Program-made: the position numbers and the translations under genes
From: Roseiarcus sp.
Lineage (GTDB): Bacteria > Pseudomonadota > Alphaproteobacteria > Rhizobiales > Beijerinckiaceae
Length of the DNA stretch: 62,509 bases
Assembly: GCA_036521435.1 (NCBI GenBank)
Contig: DATDHT010000056.1
Span: 1-62,509, forward strand
Direction: 5' to 3'
Notes under the pieces: model-generated
Databases searched by the model: none
Told to the model about the DNA's origin: nothing
The model's input: the letters and a program-made list of their open reading frames with translations, nothing else
In this document: one piece after another, positions 38,880 through 50,018 of the stretch
How the letters are laid out: each line of letters opens with the position of its first letter
Numbering within the stretch: the stretch's first letter is position 1

Positions 38880-39478
38880 CGCGCCGGGTGCGAACAGCGG
38901 TTCTCATATCGGGGCGCGGCTCCAACATGAGCGCTTTGATCGAAGCCGCTCGATCGCCGGACTTCTCGGCTGAAATCCGCCTTGTTCTATCGGACGATCC
39001 GGCGGCGGCAGGCCTGTCGCTGGCGCGCGACATGGGCGTCCCTGCCGAGGCGATCGACTTTCGAGCTTACACGGGCAGGCCGGCGTTCGAGGCGGCGCTC
39101 GACGCGCGGCTCACCTCCGCCTCAGTTGAAATTGTCTGCCTCGCGGGCTTCATGCGTGTTTTGAGCCCACCCTTCGTCGAGCGATGGCGAGGACGGATGC
39201 TCAACATTCATCCCTCGCTGTTGCCGAAGCTGCGCGGCCTCAACACCCATGAGCGCGCGCTGGCCCAAGGGCTCCTCGAGCACGGCTGTACGGTTCACCT
39301 CGTGACCGCGGAACTCGACGCCGGTCCGATCCTTGCCCAGGCGCGCGTGTCCGTTCTTCCGAGGGACGATGTGGCCGCGCTTGCAGCGCGCGTCCTGAAA
39401 GAGGAACACCGGATCTATCCGCAAGCCCTCGCCGAACTCGCTCACTCGTTGCGCGCCGCGGCGGAGCCTCAGCGATAG
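38876..39478 (+). CDS. purN: Phosphoribosylglycinamide formyltransferase
   Basis: [41 protein letters not shown]. Confidence 0.97.
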   Translation: MTRRVRTAVLISGRGSNMSALIEAARSPDFSAEIRLVLSDDPAAAGLSLARDMGVPAEAIDFRAYTGRPAFEAALDARLTSASVEIVCLAGFMRVLSPPFVERWRGRMLNIHPSLLPKLRGLNTHERALAQGLLEHGCTVHLVTAELDAGPILAQARVSVLPRDDVAALAARVLKEEHRIYPQALAELAHSLRAAAEPQR

Positions 39479-39909
39479 CGACGACGGAACCAATGTCAGA
39501 AAGTTCCGCTGGTCTAACCGTCATTTTACCGGCGCGCCCTCATGGTTTCAATGCCTTAGGACCCGTTTTAGTTCCACGCTCCATGCCTCGCGCGGAGGCG
39601 CTGGCGAGATCGCTCAAAGGAAGTTTTATATCATAAATATTATGTAGATTAGTTCCACGACAACATCCCTGCGTCCGATGGCTGCGTCCCACGTCCCGGC
39701 CCTCGACTGGGCACGTTCGCCGCTCCTCGGGCGCCGCTCCTCGGGAAGGCCGAGCGGTCTCATCAACCGAATCCCATATCGGAGACGAACGCGGACTGAT
39801 GCGGCAGAAAGTCAAGGCATAGGGATTTGCATACTCGACAAGAGCGTAGGCGTGTGATCGATCATCCTGGCCGCGTCTCTCCCTACATACGAGCGTGCGG
39901 AAGCGTTAC

Positions 39910-40177
39910 ATGAAAGAGCTTGGATTAATAAGCGCCGGACTCGGACTGATTGTCGGTCTATGGGCGGCATGGCTTTGGTTGCGCGCCAGCAAGATGCCTC
40001 TCCATTTGCCTGGAGATTGGACTTACGACTCGCCGGGTGATGGAGATTCTCGCGTCGCGCTGCTAAAAGCGGGCGAGGAGTCGGCGAGGCTTGAATCGTC
40101 GAGCTGCCCGCTGGACAGCGGTAACGGTCGCCTCGAATGCGATAACAACGTTTTTGCTGGCGCTCCCAATTCCTTAG
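39910..40177 (+). pseudogene. Probable frameshifted small two-TM membrane protein
   Basis: MKELGLISAGLGLIVGLWAAWLWLRASK...GEESAR; the +1 frame from 40091 reads LNRRAARWTAVTVASNAITTFLLALPIP*, supplying a second TM helix. Confidence 0.5.
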
Positions 40178-40534
40178 GCCAACCCTTCGTCTAGGGCAGG
40201 CGAGCCAGGCGACGAGTCAATCGCAGGATAGACCCTGGCACTCCGGCAAAGGTACTCCCCCGCCGACATAATGTTGCTCATCTTGCGCCGAAACCGCAGG
40301 TCTCTCATCGCTTGCCTCGCCCAGGACTGCGCCTTTTCATCAGTGAGACTGATCGGACGCTCACGTAACGAATGCTCCTTGCCGTCAGAGGACCAAGTTA
40401 TCACCCAGTTATCCGGGACGCCGGGCTCTCCCCCGATAAAGCGAGGTGGTCCGCAGGGCAACAAGGCGCTCTTGCCGTGCTTGCGGCGCGCAGGAATTGG
40501 ATCAATATTTCCGCCGACCGAAAAGGAGATTTGT

Positions 40535-42733
40535 TTGCCGCGCGCGCTTGCGACGAAAGAGGAACCCCTGCCATCGACCGCGACGATCGCGGCGAATGAC
40601 GAGTCGCCCTCGCTGCTATCCTCGCCCGAGCGGTTTATCAATCGCGAACTGTCGTGGCTCGAGTTCAATCGTAGAGTGTTGGAGGAATCCGCGAACGCAA
40701 GCCATCCGCTCCTCGAGCGGCTGCGGTTCCTCTCGATCTCGGCCACCAATCTCGACGAGTTTTTCATGGTTCGCGTGGCGGGCCTGGTCGGTCAGGTGCT
40801 GACCGGCGTCGCGGAGGTCTCCGACGACGGGCGCACTCCCGCAGAACAGCTTGAGCGCATTAGCGACCGTGTCGCCGAGTTGATCGCTTCCCAGCAGGCG
40901 CGGTGGAGGGCATTGCAATCCGAACTCGTCGCAAACGGCGTTGTCATCCTCAACGTCGGCGATCTGACACGCAGAGAACGAGACTGGCTGCAGGACTATT
41001 TCCTCTTGCACGTGTTCCCGATTCTGACTCCGCTTGCGGTCGATCCGGCGCATCCGTTCCCATTCATTCCCAATCTGGGATTCACGTTGGCGCTCGAACT
41101 CTTGAATCCACGGGATGGCACGACAATGAGCGCGCTCGTGCGCATCCCCGGGAGCGTCGAACGGTTTCTCCGGCTGCCCGACGGTTCCCTTGGGGGCGCC
41201 GCGCGCTTCGTCATGCTTGATCGCTTGATCGTCGCCTTTATCGGGCTTTTGTTTCCGGGCCACGAAGTCCTGGGGGAGGGGGCTTTCCGCGTCATTCGTG
41301 ACAGCGACATTGAAATTGAGGAGGAAGCGGAAGACCTTGTCCGCCTGTACGAGAGCGCCCTCAAACGGCGCCGGCGCGGCATTGTCATCCGGCTCGAGAT
41401 CGAGGCGAGTATGCCCGAATCGTTACGCGCGTTCGTGGCGGGCGACGTTGACGTCGTCCCGTCTGGCATCGTGCAGATCGAGGGTATGCTCGCGCTCAAT
41501 GACCTGTCGCAACTGGTGGCGATCGATCGCCCTGAGCTTAAGTTTCCCCCTTACAACCCTCGCTTTCCGGAACGCGTCAAGGAGCTTGGCGGCGATATTT
41601 TCGGCGCGATTCGGCAGAAGGACCTCGTCGTCCATCATCCCTACGAATCGTTCGACGTGGTCGTTCGGTTCCTCAATCAAGCGGCGCACGATCCCAACGT
41701 GGTCGCGATCAAGCAGACGCTCTACCGGACTTCGGCTGACAGTCCGATCGTCCGGGCCCTCATCGAAGCGGCGGAGGCTGGGAAATCGGTCACCGCGTTG
41801 GTGGAGCTGAAAGCCCGCTTCGATGAGGAGGCCAACATCCGCTGGGCGAGGGATCTGGAGCGCGCTGGCGCGCAGGTCGTCTATGGGTTCATCGAGCTCA
41901 AGACGCACGCGAAGCTTTCGATGGTGGTGCGACGTGAGGGTGGGGGGCTTGTCAACTACTGTCATCTGGGCACTGGCAACTACCACCCCGTGACCGCCAG
42001 GATTTACGCGGACATTTCGCTTTTCACTGCGGATGCCGCAATCGGCCGAGATGTCGCGCGCATATTTAATTTCATCACTGGCTACGCCGAGCCGGACGGG
42101 CTTGAGCAAATGTCGATTTCGCCGATCACGCTCAAGCAGACGCTTCTGCGCAGTATCGCTGATGAAATCGACTATGGCCGACTGGGTAGGCCAGCGCAGA
42201 TCTGGATCAAGTGCAACGCACTTGTTGATCCGCAGATCATCGACGCTCTCTATGCCGCTAGTCGAGAGGGCGTGCAGATCGACATCGTGATACGTGGTAT
42301 TTGTTGCCTGCGGCCAGGCGTTCCGGGACTTTCCGACAACATTCGCGTCAAATCGCTCGTCGGCCGTTTCCTGGAGCATGCCCGCATCTACGCGTTTGGC
42401 GCCGGCTCGGGCCTGCCCAACCCGAAGGCTCGGGCATTTATTTCATCAGCCGATCTTATGCCGCGCAATCTCGATCGGCGTGTCGAGGCGCTTGTCCCGC
42501 TGCTCAATCCGACGGTTCACGAACACGTCCTCGATCAAATCATGCAGGCGAATCTTATGGACAACCAGCAGAGCTTTCGAATCCTGCCTGACGGCTCGAG
42601 CGAAAGAATTGTCCCCGCCGAGGGCGAGGAGCCGTTCAACGCGCACAACTATTTCATGACTAATCCGAGTCTTTCGGGTCGCGGCAAGGCGCTGATGGAC
42701 TCCTTTCCGATGGCGCTCCGAAGGCGCGTCTGA
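40535..42733 (+). CDS. ppk1: Polyphosphate kinase 1
   Basis: [60 protein letters not shown]; AAGGAG RBS before TTG 40535. Confidence 0.96.
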   Translation: MPRALATKEEPLPSTATIAANDESPSLLSSPERFINRELSWLEFNRRVLEESANASHPLLERLRFLSISATNLDEFFMVRVAGLVGQVLTGVAEVSDDGRTPAEQLERISDRVAELIASQQARWRALQSELVANGVVILNVGDLTRRERDWLQDYFLLHVFPILTPLAVDPAHPFPFIPNLGFTLALELLNPRDGTTMSALVRIPGSVERFLRLPDGSLGGAARFVMLDRLIVAFIGLLFPGHEVLGEGAFRVIRDSDIEIEEEAEDLVRLYESALKRRRRGIVIRLEIEASMPESLRAFVAGDVDVVPSGIVQIEGMLALNDLSQLVAIDRPELKFPPYNPRFPERVKELGGDIFGAIRQKDLVVHHPYESFDVVVRFLNQAAHDPNVVAIKQTLYRTSADSPIVRALIEAAEAGKSVTALVELKARFDEEANIRWARDLERAGAQVVYGFIELKTHAKLSMVVRREGGGLVNYCHLGTGNYHPVTARIYADISLFTADAAIGRDVARIFNFITGYAEPDGLEQMSISPITLKQTLLRSIADEIDYGRLGRPAQIWIKCNALVDPQIIDALYAASREGVQIDIVIRGICCLRPGVPGLSDNIRVKSLVGRFLEHARIYAFGAGSGLPNPKARAFISSADLMPRNLDRRVEALVPLLNPTVHEHVLDQIMQANLMDNQQSFRILPDGSSERIVPAEGEEPFNAHNYFMTNPSLSGRGKALMDSFPMALRRRV

Positions 42734-42779
42734 TAGAGGGCCGTGCCGGGCGACACGGGGGCGCCCGACGGGGTTGGTT

Positions 42780-44285
42780 ATGCTCGACAATGCGCGAGGA
42801 CGGTTGCCGGGAAAGCCGGTGGCGATTGTTGACATCGGCTCGAACTCGGTGCGCTTGGTGTCTTACGAGTCGCAGTCACGCGCTCCGACTCCAACTTTCA
42901 ATGAAAAGGCTTTGTGCGGCCTCGGCAGAGGCGTAGCGACGACGGGACTTCTTCCGGAGGACGGTGTTCTCAAGGCGCTTGCAGCGCTTCAGCGCTTTCG
43001 CGTTCTCTGCAAAACGATGGGCATTCGCGACGTGAGCGGCATCGCGACGGCGGCTGTGCGCGACGCAGCAAACGGGGCCGAATTTCTGAATCGCGCGGAA
43101 CGCCTGCTCGATTGTAAAATCGAGCTGTTGAGCGGCCAGCGGGAAGCAAGGTTGTCGGCCCTTGGCGTCATAAGTTCGATTTACAAAGCGGATGGCCTTG
43201 TCGGGGATCTGGGTGGCGGCTCACTCGAGCTTGTCGACGTTCGCGGCGAGGAGGCCAGCCCGGGGGTCAGCCTGCCGCTCGGCGGCCTGTCGCTGATGGA
43301 CCTTTCTGAACGATCGCCGAAAAAGGCCGCCAAGATCGTCCGTGAGAAACTCGCGGCGGTGAAAGCGCTCCAAGGGTTGCCTGGTCGGACGTTCTATGCC
43401 GTCGGCGGCACTTGGCGCGCTCTTGCGCGCCTGCATATGCGGCAGCGGCAGTATCCGATGAACGTAATGCACAATTACGTCATCCCTTCACGCGACGCGC
43501 TCGAGTTCGCATCGCTGGTCGAACGGATCGAGGCCGACGCGCTCCTGTCGATTGAGTCGGTGTCGGCAGCCCGCAGGCCTTTGCTAGCATACGGCGCTGC
43601 AGTGCTGGAGGAGATCATCCGCCGGTGCAATCCGAAGGAGATTGTCGTTTCGGCCCTCGGCGTTCGTGAGGGGCTAATCTACTCGCACCTCTCTCCTGAG
43701 GAACAGGCGGAAGATCCGCTGATTCTCTCGGCGCGCGAATTCAACCAACTGCGTTCGCGCGCGCCGGAGCATGGCGAAGAGCTGTACGCCTGGACAAGCC
43801 GCCTGATCGCCTCAACTCATCTCGAGGAGGACGATCAGGATCGGCGCCTTCGCCATGCCGCATGTTTGTTGTCGGATATTTCCTGGCGCGCCCATCCCGA
43901 CTATCGGGGGGCCCAAGCCTACGATCTGGTGGCCAACGCAGCGTTCATCGGCGTTGATCATCCATCGCGCGCGTTTCTGGCGCTGGCCGCTTCCTACCGC
44001 CACATGTCCAGTGAAGATCTCGTGTCGCCCCAGTCGCGCGCGTTGGTGACCGCGCGGCAACTCGATCGGGCGCGCATTATCGGCGCGGCGATGCGGGTCG
44101 CTTATAACGTTTCGGCGGCGATGCCTGGGGTGCTGCCACGCGCCCCCATGGCGTGCGCAAAAGGTCGCGTGGTCTTGACTTTGCCGATCGACCTCGGGGC
44201 GCTCAGCGGCGAGCGACTTCTATTGCGGGTGCGACAGTTTGCTCGTCTGATTGGGGGCGAACCGGAGATCCGGGCGTCTGTTTGA
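42780..44285 (+). CDS. ppx: Exopolyphosphatase Ppx/GppA family
   Basis: VDIGSNSVRLV, ATAAVRDA.NG, DLGGGSLE, GVREG. Confidence 0.94.
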   Translation: MLDNARGRLPGKPVAIVDIGSNSVRLVSYESQSRAPTPTFNEKALCGLGRGVATTGLLPEDGVLKALAALQRFRVLCKTMGIRDVSGIATAAVRDAANGAEFLNRAERLLDCKIELLSGQREARLSALGVISSIYKADGLVGDLGGGSLELVDVRGEEASPGVSLPLGGLSLMDLSERSPKKAAKIVREKLAAVKALQGLPGRTFYAVGGTWRALARLHMRQRQYPMNVMHNYVIPSRDALEFASLVERIEADALLSIESVSAARRPLLAYGAAVLEEIIRRCNPKEIVVSALGVREGLIYSHLSPEEQAEDPLILSAREFNQLRSRAPEHGEELYAWTSRLIASTHLEEDDQDRRLRHAACLLSDISWRAHPDYRGAQAYDLVANAAFIGVDHPSRAFLALAASYRHMSSEDLVSPQSRALVTARQLDRARIIGAAMRVAYNVSAAMPGVLPRAPMACAKGRVVLTLPIDLGALSGERLLLRVRQFARLIGGEPEIRASV

Positions 44286-44450
44286 GCTTCGCCGAAATCC
44301 GCAGACGCCGACAGCGATCACAGAGCGCCCGCCCGTCCAAGACGGCGCACGATTCAAAATGCATCGATCCGCCAGACGGATTCTTCACGGGCGCGCGGGC
44401 AAGTTCGTCCCTGATCTCTTTCATCGCCTTCTGCCAGCGATCGGTCAGAC

Positions 44451-46220
44451 ATGCACTCGTTCCGAACCGACAGCCAATTTTTTCGCGACGCTCTCGAAAG
44501 GATTGGCAAAGCGGAAGATTTGCGATCCGTGCGTTCAAAGGCCCCAATGGGGCCGGAGCGACGTGAGACCGAGCAAATTGATAGGAAGGAGGAGTTTCGG
44601 TCCGATCAGCGAGAGCTTCAGCCAACACGCGTCATTGGACGACTGGTGGCTTTGAACGGAACACAAGGCGTCATCAGCTGCCCGCTCAAAGTCGAGGAAG
44701 AGGAGTGGTCGGTTGGCCATCTCGTTACAATCGTTCACCGGACCTCCCGTCTGGTAGGCACTGTTTGCGAAGTTGCGACCGATGACGGCCGCTGGTCCGA
44801 AGACGAGGCCAACGCCGCCCGTGTCACAATTGAGCTGAACGGCGAGATTATCGACGATTCCGATGGCGCACCGTTTTTCCATCGCGGCGTACGCTCGTTT
44901 CCGTCTTTGGGCGCGCCTGCGCACCGAATCCGCGCGGACGATCTCCGAGCCATCTACACATTTCGCGGCCGGCAGGGCGTCGAGATCGGGAGGTTGAGCC
45001 AGAACGACGATATCCCTGCGGAGATTGACGTTGGCGAATTGATGCGTCGGCACTTTGCTGTTTTGGGATCAACCGGCGTCGGCAAGACCACCGCGGTCAG
45101 CCTGCTGCTGAAGAAGTCTCTGGCCGTGATGCCGAAGCTCCGAATTATTATCTTCGACCCACACAACGAATACGCGGCCCATTTTCCGGGACTGGCGCAG
45201 ATCATCGATTCGGAAAGTCTAGAGCTGCCATTCTGGATGTTTAAATTCGATGAATTGGCCGATGTCGTCTTTAGCAACCGGCAGCCTCACCCGGACGAAC
45301 GGGACGCACTCTATGAGGTCATTCGCATCGCGCGGGCGAAGTATCAGGCGGAATTGGGTTCGTTGGCCGGCACGAGCACGGTGCGCCGCCAGCCGATTGC
45401 TGAGGGAAGTTCAATAACTTCCGACGCGCCAACGCCCTATCGCATCATCGATGTCGTCGCTATCATCGAAGAATGGCTCGGCATGCTCGATCAGCGGTTT
45501 CCGCGCTCCGATTTGCGGGCCTTACGCCACCGACTCGAGGGGCTGAACCGCGATCCCCGCTATCGGTTCATGTTCGGCAGGCTGGTGGTCGAGGACGACA
45601 TCGCCAAAGTAATTTCTCGGCTCTTTCGCGTCCCGACCCGGGGGTTGCCTGTTACGATCGTCCGGCTGGCGGGTTTGCCCAACGAAGTCACAAACTCGGT
45701 CGTGTCTGTGCTGGCTCGACTCGCCTTCGAGATCGCCTTTTGGTCCTCAGGTACCTATGAAATCAATGTGTTGTGTGAAGAAGCGCACCGCTATATTTCC
45801 TCCTCCAGCGGGCAAGCCTTTGGCCCGGCTCGGCTGGCCATCGGACGCATCGCCAAGGAAGGACGTAAGTATGGCGCCTCGCTCGGGGTAGTTACACAAC
45901 GTCCTTCGGAACTCGACCCGACGGTGCTCTCGCAATGTTCGACTATGTTCGCCATGCGGCTTGCCAACGAGCTCGATAAGGGAATCATCCGCGCCGCGGC
46001 GGGCGTTTCAGCCAGCAGCACCATCGCCTTCCTGTCCTCGATTGCCGACCGTGAAGCGATCGCGTTCGGCGAGGCGATCGCTACACCGATGCGATTGAAG
46101 TTCGCGGACATTTCGGCGCGCGCTGAGGACCGCCAAGCCCACGTTTCGCGCGAGCGTGACTCCGATCCGATCGATCTGAAGAAGCTCTCAGCTCAATTGC
46201 GTGGCGAGGCGATGGCGTGA
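44451..46220 (+). CDS. HerA/FtsK-like ATPase (DUF87-type); start may be 44547
   Basis: RHFAVLGSTGVGKT, IFDPHNEY, CEEAHRY, RIAKEGRKYG, TQRPSEL, SQC.T.FAMRL. Confidence 0.88.
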   Translation: MHSFRTDSQFFRDALERIGKAEDLRSVRSKAPMGPERRETEQIDRKEEFRSDQRELQPTRVIGRLVALNGTQGVISCPLKVEEEEWSVGHLVTIVHRTSRLVGTVCEVATDDGRWSEDEANAARVTIELNGEIIDDSDGAPFFHRGVRSFPSLGAPAHRIRADDLRAIYTFRGRQGVEIGRLSQNDDIPAEIDVGELMRRHFAVLGSTGVGKTTAVSLLLKKSLAVMPKLRIIIFDPHNEYAAHFPGLAQIIDSESLELPFWMFKFDELADVVFSNRQPHPDERDALYEVIRIARAKYQAELGSLAGTSTVRRQPIAEGSSITSDAPTPYRIIDVVAIIEEWLGMLDQRFPRSDLRALRHRLEGLNRDPRYRFMFGRLVVEDDIAKVISRLFRVPTRGLPVTIVRLAGLPNEVTNSVVSVLARLAFEIAFWSSGTYEINVLCEEAHRYISSSSGQAFGPARLAIGRIAKEGRKYGASLGVVTQRPSELDPTVLSQCSTMFAMRLANELDKGIIRAAAGVSASSTIAFLSSIADREAIAFGEAIATPMRLKFADISARAEDRQAHVSRERDSDPIDLKKLSAQLRGEAMA

Positions 46221-46317
46221 CCCGGCACCCGGGGTCATTTTTGACAGCGATGAACAAATACGTTCTGTTTAATCTAGGCGAGGGTAGCAACTTTAGCGCG
46301 CCCAGCGGAATCGACAT

Positions 46318-46346
46318 TTGCAATCGGCGGGCATGAACGCCATATA
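46318..46346 (+). promoter_or_regulatory. Putative promoter of the suf operon
   Basis: TTGCAA-N16-CCATATA about 100 nt upstream of sufB. Confidence 0.45.
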
Positions 46347-46444
46347 GAGCCTGCAGCGCCCGACCCAAGCGAACTTTCTGAGCCGGGGCTGTCATGACCC
46401 CCACCGGCGGTCCTTGAAACCGTTAAGGCGAGGAGAAGTCACTT

Positions 46445-47914
46445 ATGGCGGCCGTCCAGGAGACCGTCGATCGTGTACGTTCGATTGAGGTCGACGCTTA
46501 CAAATATGGTTTCGTCAGCCCGATCCAGTCGGATATGGCCCCCAAGGGCCTGAACGAAGACACCGTTCGATTTATTTCGGAAAAGAAGGATGAGCCGGAA
46601 TGGCTGCTGGAATGGCGGCTGGAGGCGTTTCGTCGTTGGCAAACAATGGAAGAGCCAAAATGGGCGCGGGTCAACCATCCGCCGATCAACTACCAGGAGA
46701 TTTATTACTTTGCCGCGCCAAAATCTGGTCCGGCGCCGAAGTCGCTCGACGAGATTGATCCGGAGTTGCTGCGCACATACGCCAAACTCGGCATCCCGCT
46801 CGTCGAGCAAGAGATACTGGCGGGAGTGGAGAGGCCTAGGGTGGCGGTCGACGCCGTCTTCGACTCCGTTTCGATCGCAACGACTTTCAAGACGGAGTTA
46901 GCGAGGGCCGGGGTCATTTTCTGCTCCTTCTCCGAGGCCGTCCGAAATCATCCCGATCTTGTACGCCGTTATCTCGGTACCGTCGTGCCGAGCACGGACA
47001 ACTTCTACGCGACTCTGAATTCGGCAGTCTTTTCGGACGGTTCCTTCGTTTACGTGCCGCCAGGCGTGCGGTGCCCGATGGAGCTTTCCACCTATTTCCG
47101 TATCAATGAGAGGAATACCGGGCAGTTTGAGCGCACGCTCATCATCGCGGATCGGGGAGCCTATGTCAGTTACCTCGAAGGATGCACGGCGCCGAAGAGG
47201 GACGAGAACCAGCTTCACGCCGCCGTCGTCGAACTCATAACCCTTGATGACGCGGAGATTAAATATTCAACAGTGCAGAATTGGTACCCAGGTGATTCTC
47301 AGGGGCGCGGCGGCATCTATAATTTTGTGACCAAGCGTGGCGACTGTCGCGGCGCCCGATCGAAAATCTCGTGGACCCAGGTCGAAACCGGCTCGGCGAT
47401 CACTTGGAAATATCCGTCCTGCATTTTGCGCGGCGAGGCCTCGCGCGGAGAATTCTATTCGATCGCGATTTCGAACGGGCATCAACAGGTCGACAGTGGC
47501 ACCAAGATGATTCATCTTGGCCGCAACACGACGAGCCGCATCATCTCCAAGGGAGTCGCCGCCGGCAAGTCGCAAAACACCTATCGAGGGCAGGTGTCGG
47601 CGCACCGCCTGGCGACAGGATCGCGCAATTTCACCAATTGCGATTCACTGCTGATTGGGAACGAATGCGGCGCGCATACGGTGCCCTATATCGAGGCAAA
47701 GAATGCTTCGGCGGTGATCGAGCACGAGGCGACCACGTCCAAGGTTTCCGATGAGCAGATGTTCTATTGCCTGCAACGGGGGCTATCAGCGGAGGAGGCG
47801 ACGGCGCTCATTGTAAATGGCTTTGTGCGCGATGTGCTGCAGCAATTGCCTATGGAGTTTGCCGTCGAAGCGCAGAAACTCATTTCAATCAGCCTCGAGG
47901 GGAGCGTGGGATGA
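46445..47914 (+). CDS. sufB: Fe-S cluster assembly protein SufB
   Basis: [44 protein letters not shown]. Confidence 0.98.
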   Translation: MAAVQETVDRVRSIEVDAYKYGFVSPIQSDMAPKGLNEDTVRFISEKKDEPEWLLEWRLEAFRRWQTMEEPKWARVNHPPINYQEIYYFAAPKSGPAPKSLDEIDPELLRTYAKLGIPLVEQEILAGVERPRVAVDAVFDSVSIATTFKTELARAGVIFCSFSEAVRNHPDLVRRYLGTVVPSTDNFYATLNSAVFSDGSFVYVPPGVRCPMELSTYFRINERNTGQFERTLIIADRGAYVSYLEGCTAPKRDENQLHAAVVELITLDDAEIKYSTVQNWYPGDSQGRGGIYNFVTKRGDCRGARSKISWTQVETGSAITWKYPSCILRGEASRGEFYSIAISNGHQQVDSGTKMIHLGRNTTSRIISKGVAAGKSQNTYRGQVSAHRLATGSRNFTNCDSLLIGNECGAHTVPYIEAKNASAVIEHEATTSKVSDEQMFYCLQRGLSAEEATALIVNGFVRDVLQQLPMEFAVEAQKLISISLEGSVG

Positions 47915-47955
47915 CGGCCAGCTCAGTGGGCCGCGCGCGAGCTGGGGAGCGGCCA

Positions 47956-48705
47956 ATGCTAGAGATCAAGAACCTCAGCGTTTCCATCGAAGAAAAGCTG
48001 ATACTTGACGACCTCAGTCTTAGCGTGAACGCCGGCGAGGTTGGGGCGATTATGGGCCCGAACGGGTCTGGCAAATCGACATTAGCTTATGTTTTGGCGG
48101 GCAAGCCCGCTTACAAGGTCATATCGGGCGAGGTTTTACTTGATGGAGAGAACCTACTGGAGCTTGAGCCTAACGAGCGCAGCTTGAAGGGGCTGTTTCT
48201 GGCGTTCCAATATCCGATCGAGATTCCTGGCGTTGCTGCAATGACTTTTCTCAAGGCGGCGTTGAATGCTCAGAGGCGGCCGCGTGGAGAAAGCGATCTC
48301 ACCACGCCCGATTTTATGCGCCGCGTGCGCGAGGCCGCACAAGCGCTAAAGATTGACCAGGAGATGCTGCGCCGGCCACTCAACGTCGGATTTTCCGGAG
48401 GCGAGAAGAAGAGATTAGAGGTGCTGCAGATGGCGCTGCTGACGCCGCGGGTCAACGTCCTCGACGAAACCGATTCGGGGCTCGACATCGACGCGCTGAG
48501 AGTCGTCGCCGAGGGCGTCAACTCCCTTCGCAACCCGAATCGGGCTTTTCTCGTAATTACGCACTATCAACGGCTTTTGGACTACATCAAGCCGGATGTC
48601 GTGCACGTAATGGCCCGGGGCCGGATTGTCGCCTCCGGCGGTCCGGAACTTGCGCTCGAGCTCGAGCGCAATGGCTATCGCGATTACGCAGAGCAGGCTG
48701 CGTAA
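47956..48705 (+). CDS. sufC: Fe-S cluster assembly ATPase SufC
   Basis: [45 protein letters not shown]. Confidence 0.97.
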   Translation: MLEIKNLSVSIEEKLILDDLSLSVNAGEVGAIMGPNGSGKSTLAYVLAGKPAYKVISGEVLLDGENLLELEPNERSLKGLFLAFQYPIEIPGVAAMTFLKAALNAQRRPRGESDLTTPDFMRRVREAAQALKIDQEMLRRPLNVGFSGGEKKRLEVLQMALLTPRVNVLDETDSGLDIDALRVVAEGVNSLRNPNRAFLVITHYQRLLDYIKPDVVHVMARGRIVASGGPELALELERNGYRDYAEQAA

Positions 48706-48712
48706 TACGCCG

Positions 48713-50008
48713 ATGACCGCGCATGTCGTCGATCGGTCGGTTGCCGAAAGAACTCTTGCCCGGCAATTTGCGGAGTGGGTGCAAGGAGAGCGATCGCCTG
48801 CTCGCGCCGCGGCTTTCGCGCGGTTTGCGGCGGTTGGACTGCCGACCCGGCGGGTCGAGGCTTGGCACTATACTGATTTGCGCGCCTTGATGCCGGATGC
48901 GGCGCCGATCCTGCCTGCGCCAACGCGGGCCGACGTCGAAGCGGCGCGTAGCGTTCTGGCCAGGTGTGAACGCTTCGCCGCGGGAGCGCGAGTGGTCTTG
49001 CTCGGCGGGCAATTTATCGCCGCACTTTCGGATCGCCTCCCGAACGGTGTCTTCGTCGCGGAGGAATGGGCGATCGCGCCCAATGCCGTCCACGATCCTC
49101 TAGCGGCCCTGAACGAGGCGTTCAGCCCTCCCGGGTGTACCATTAAGGTGGCGCGCGGAGCAAAGCTTGCCGAGCCAATCATGATCGTCCATCTCACCAC
49201 GGAGCCATCATCCCACTCGGTCTATTCGCGGACGACGATTGCGCTCGACGTCGAGGCACAGGCGTCGTTCGTCGAGATATTCGAGGGCGCTCATGCGGGT
49301 GTCCAGCGACACGCGGCGACGATCATAACGCTCGCCGAGGGTGCCAGGGCGACCCACATCGCCGTCGTTGGCGATGAGCCCGGGCTGCACATCGAGACCC
49401 AGATCTGCGAAGTGGCGAAGGCCGCGAAGCTAGCCGCCTTTGGACTCGTTTCTGGTGGGGAACTCACGCGCCGGCAGATCTTTGTGAGAATGACCGGAGG
49501 TGGGGCGGAGCTCTCGCTTGGTGGACTGGCGCTTATCGACGGCGCCCGACGCGCCGACACGACGCTGCAGGTCGTGCACGCTGCGCCGGCGGGGACCAGC
49601 CGCGAGTTCTATCGCGCGATTGTCGATGACGACGCGGTCGGCGTGTTCCAGGGAAAGATTATCGTTGAGAAAGCGGCGCAAAAGACCGATGGCGCCATGA
49701 AGTCCCAGGCTATTCTGCTGTCTCCACGCGCGCAGATGAATGAGAAGCCGGAGCTGGAAATCTTCGCCGATGACGTCGTGTGCGGACACGGAGCGACAGT
49801 CGCTACGCTCGACCCCGAACAGGTCTTTTATTTGCAATCGCGGGGTATCGCTAACAACGACGCGAAAGCGATGTTGCTCGAGGCTTTTGGAGCGGAGTCT
49901 ATTGAGCGAATCGAGGACAAACTGCTGGTCGATCCCTTGCGCGATCGGCTCGCAGCTTGGCTCAGATCTAGCGAAGGCGGCGACAGTCGATATCGGACGA
50001 GACAGTGA
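48713..50008 (+). CDS. sufD: Fe-S cluster assembly protein SufD
   Basis: GLPTRRVEAWHYTDLR, GVFQGKI.V...AQKTD, KPELEIFADDV.CGHGAT, FYLQSRGI. Confidence 0.95.
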   Translation: MTAHVVDRSVAERTLARQFAEWVQGERSPARAAAFARFAAVGLPTRRVEAWHYTDLRALMPDAAPILPAPTRADVEAARSVLARCERFAAGARVVLLGGQFIAALSDRLPNGVFVAEEWAIAPNAVHDPLAALNEAFSPPGCTIKVARGAKLAEPIMIVHLTTEPSSHSVYSRTTIALDVEAQASFVEIFEGAHAGVQRHAATIITLAEGARATHIAVVGDEPGLHIETQICEVAKAAKLAAFGLVSGGELTRRQIFVRMTGGGAELSLGGLALIDGARRADTTLQVVHAAPAGTSREFYRAIVDDDAVGVFQGKIIVEKAAQKTDGAMKSQAILLSPRAQMNEKPELEIFADDVVCGHGATVATLDPEQVFYLQSRGIANNDAKAMLLEAFGAESIERIEDKLLVDPLRDRLAAWLRSSEGGDSRYRTRQ

Positions 50009-50018
50009 AGGCGAAGAC

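Noticed and set aside
39623-39650. dif (XerCD) site
   Set aside because: TTATGTAGATT resembles a XerD arm, but the CATAA-to-TTATG spacing is 3 nt rather than 6, so the geometry is wrong.
40271-40534. N-terminal extensions in the ORF track for ppk1 (also aapM from 52007, sufC, sufD, sufS, UdgX fusion, hdaA, GFA)
   Set aside because: These are open frames upstream of better starts that have an RBS or operon coupling; they are not true fusions.
33529-46220. PLD nuclease plus HerA as a two-component defence system
   Set aside because: They are 10 kb apart, separated by core genes, and the PLD appears to be exported.
46230-46440. Irr (ICE), RirA or IscR operator upstream of sufB
   Set aside because: AT-rich sequence is present, but I could not match a convincing consensus by eye.
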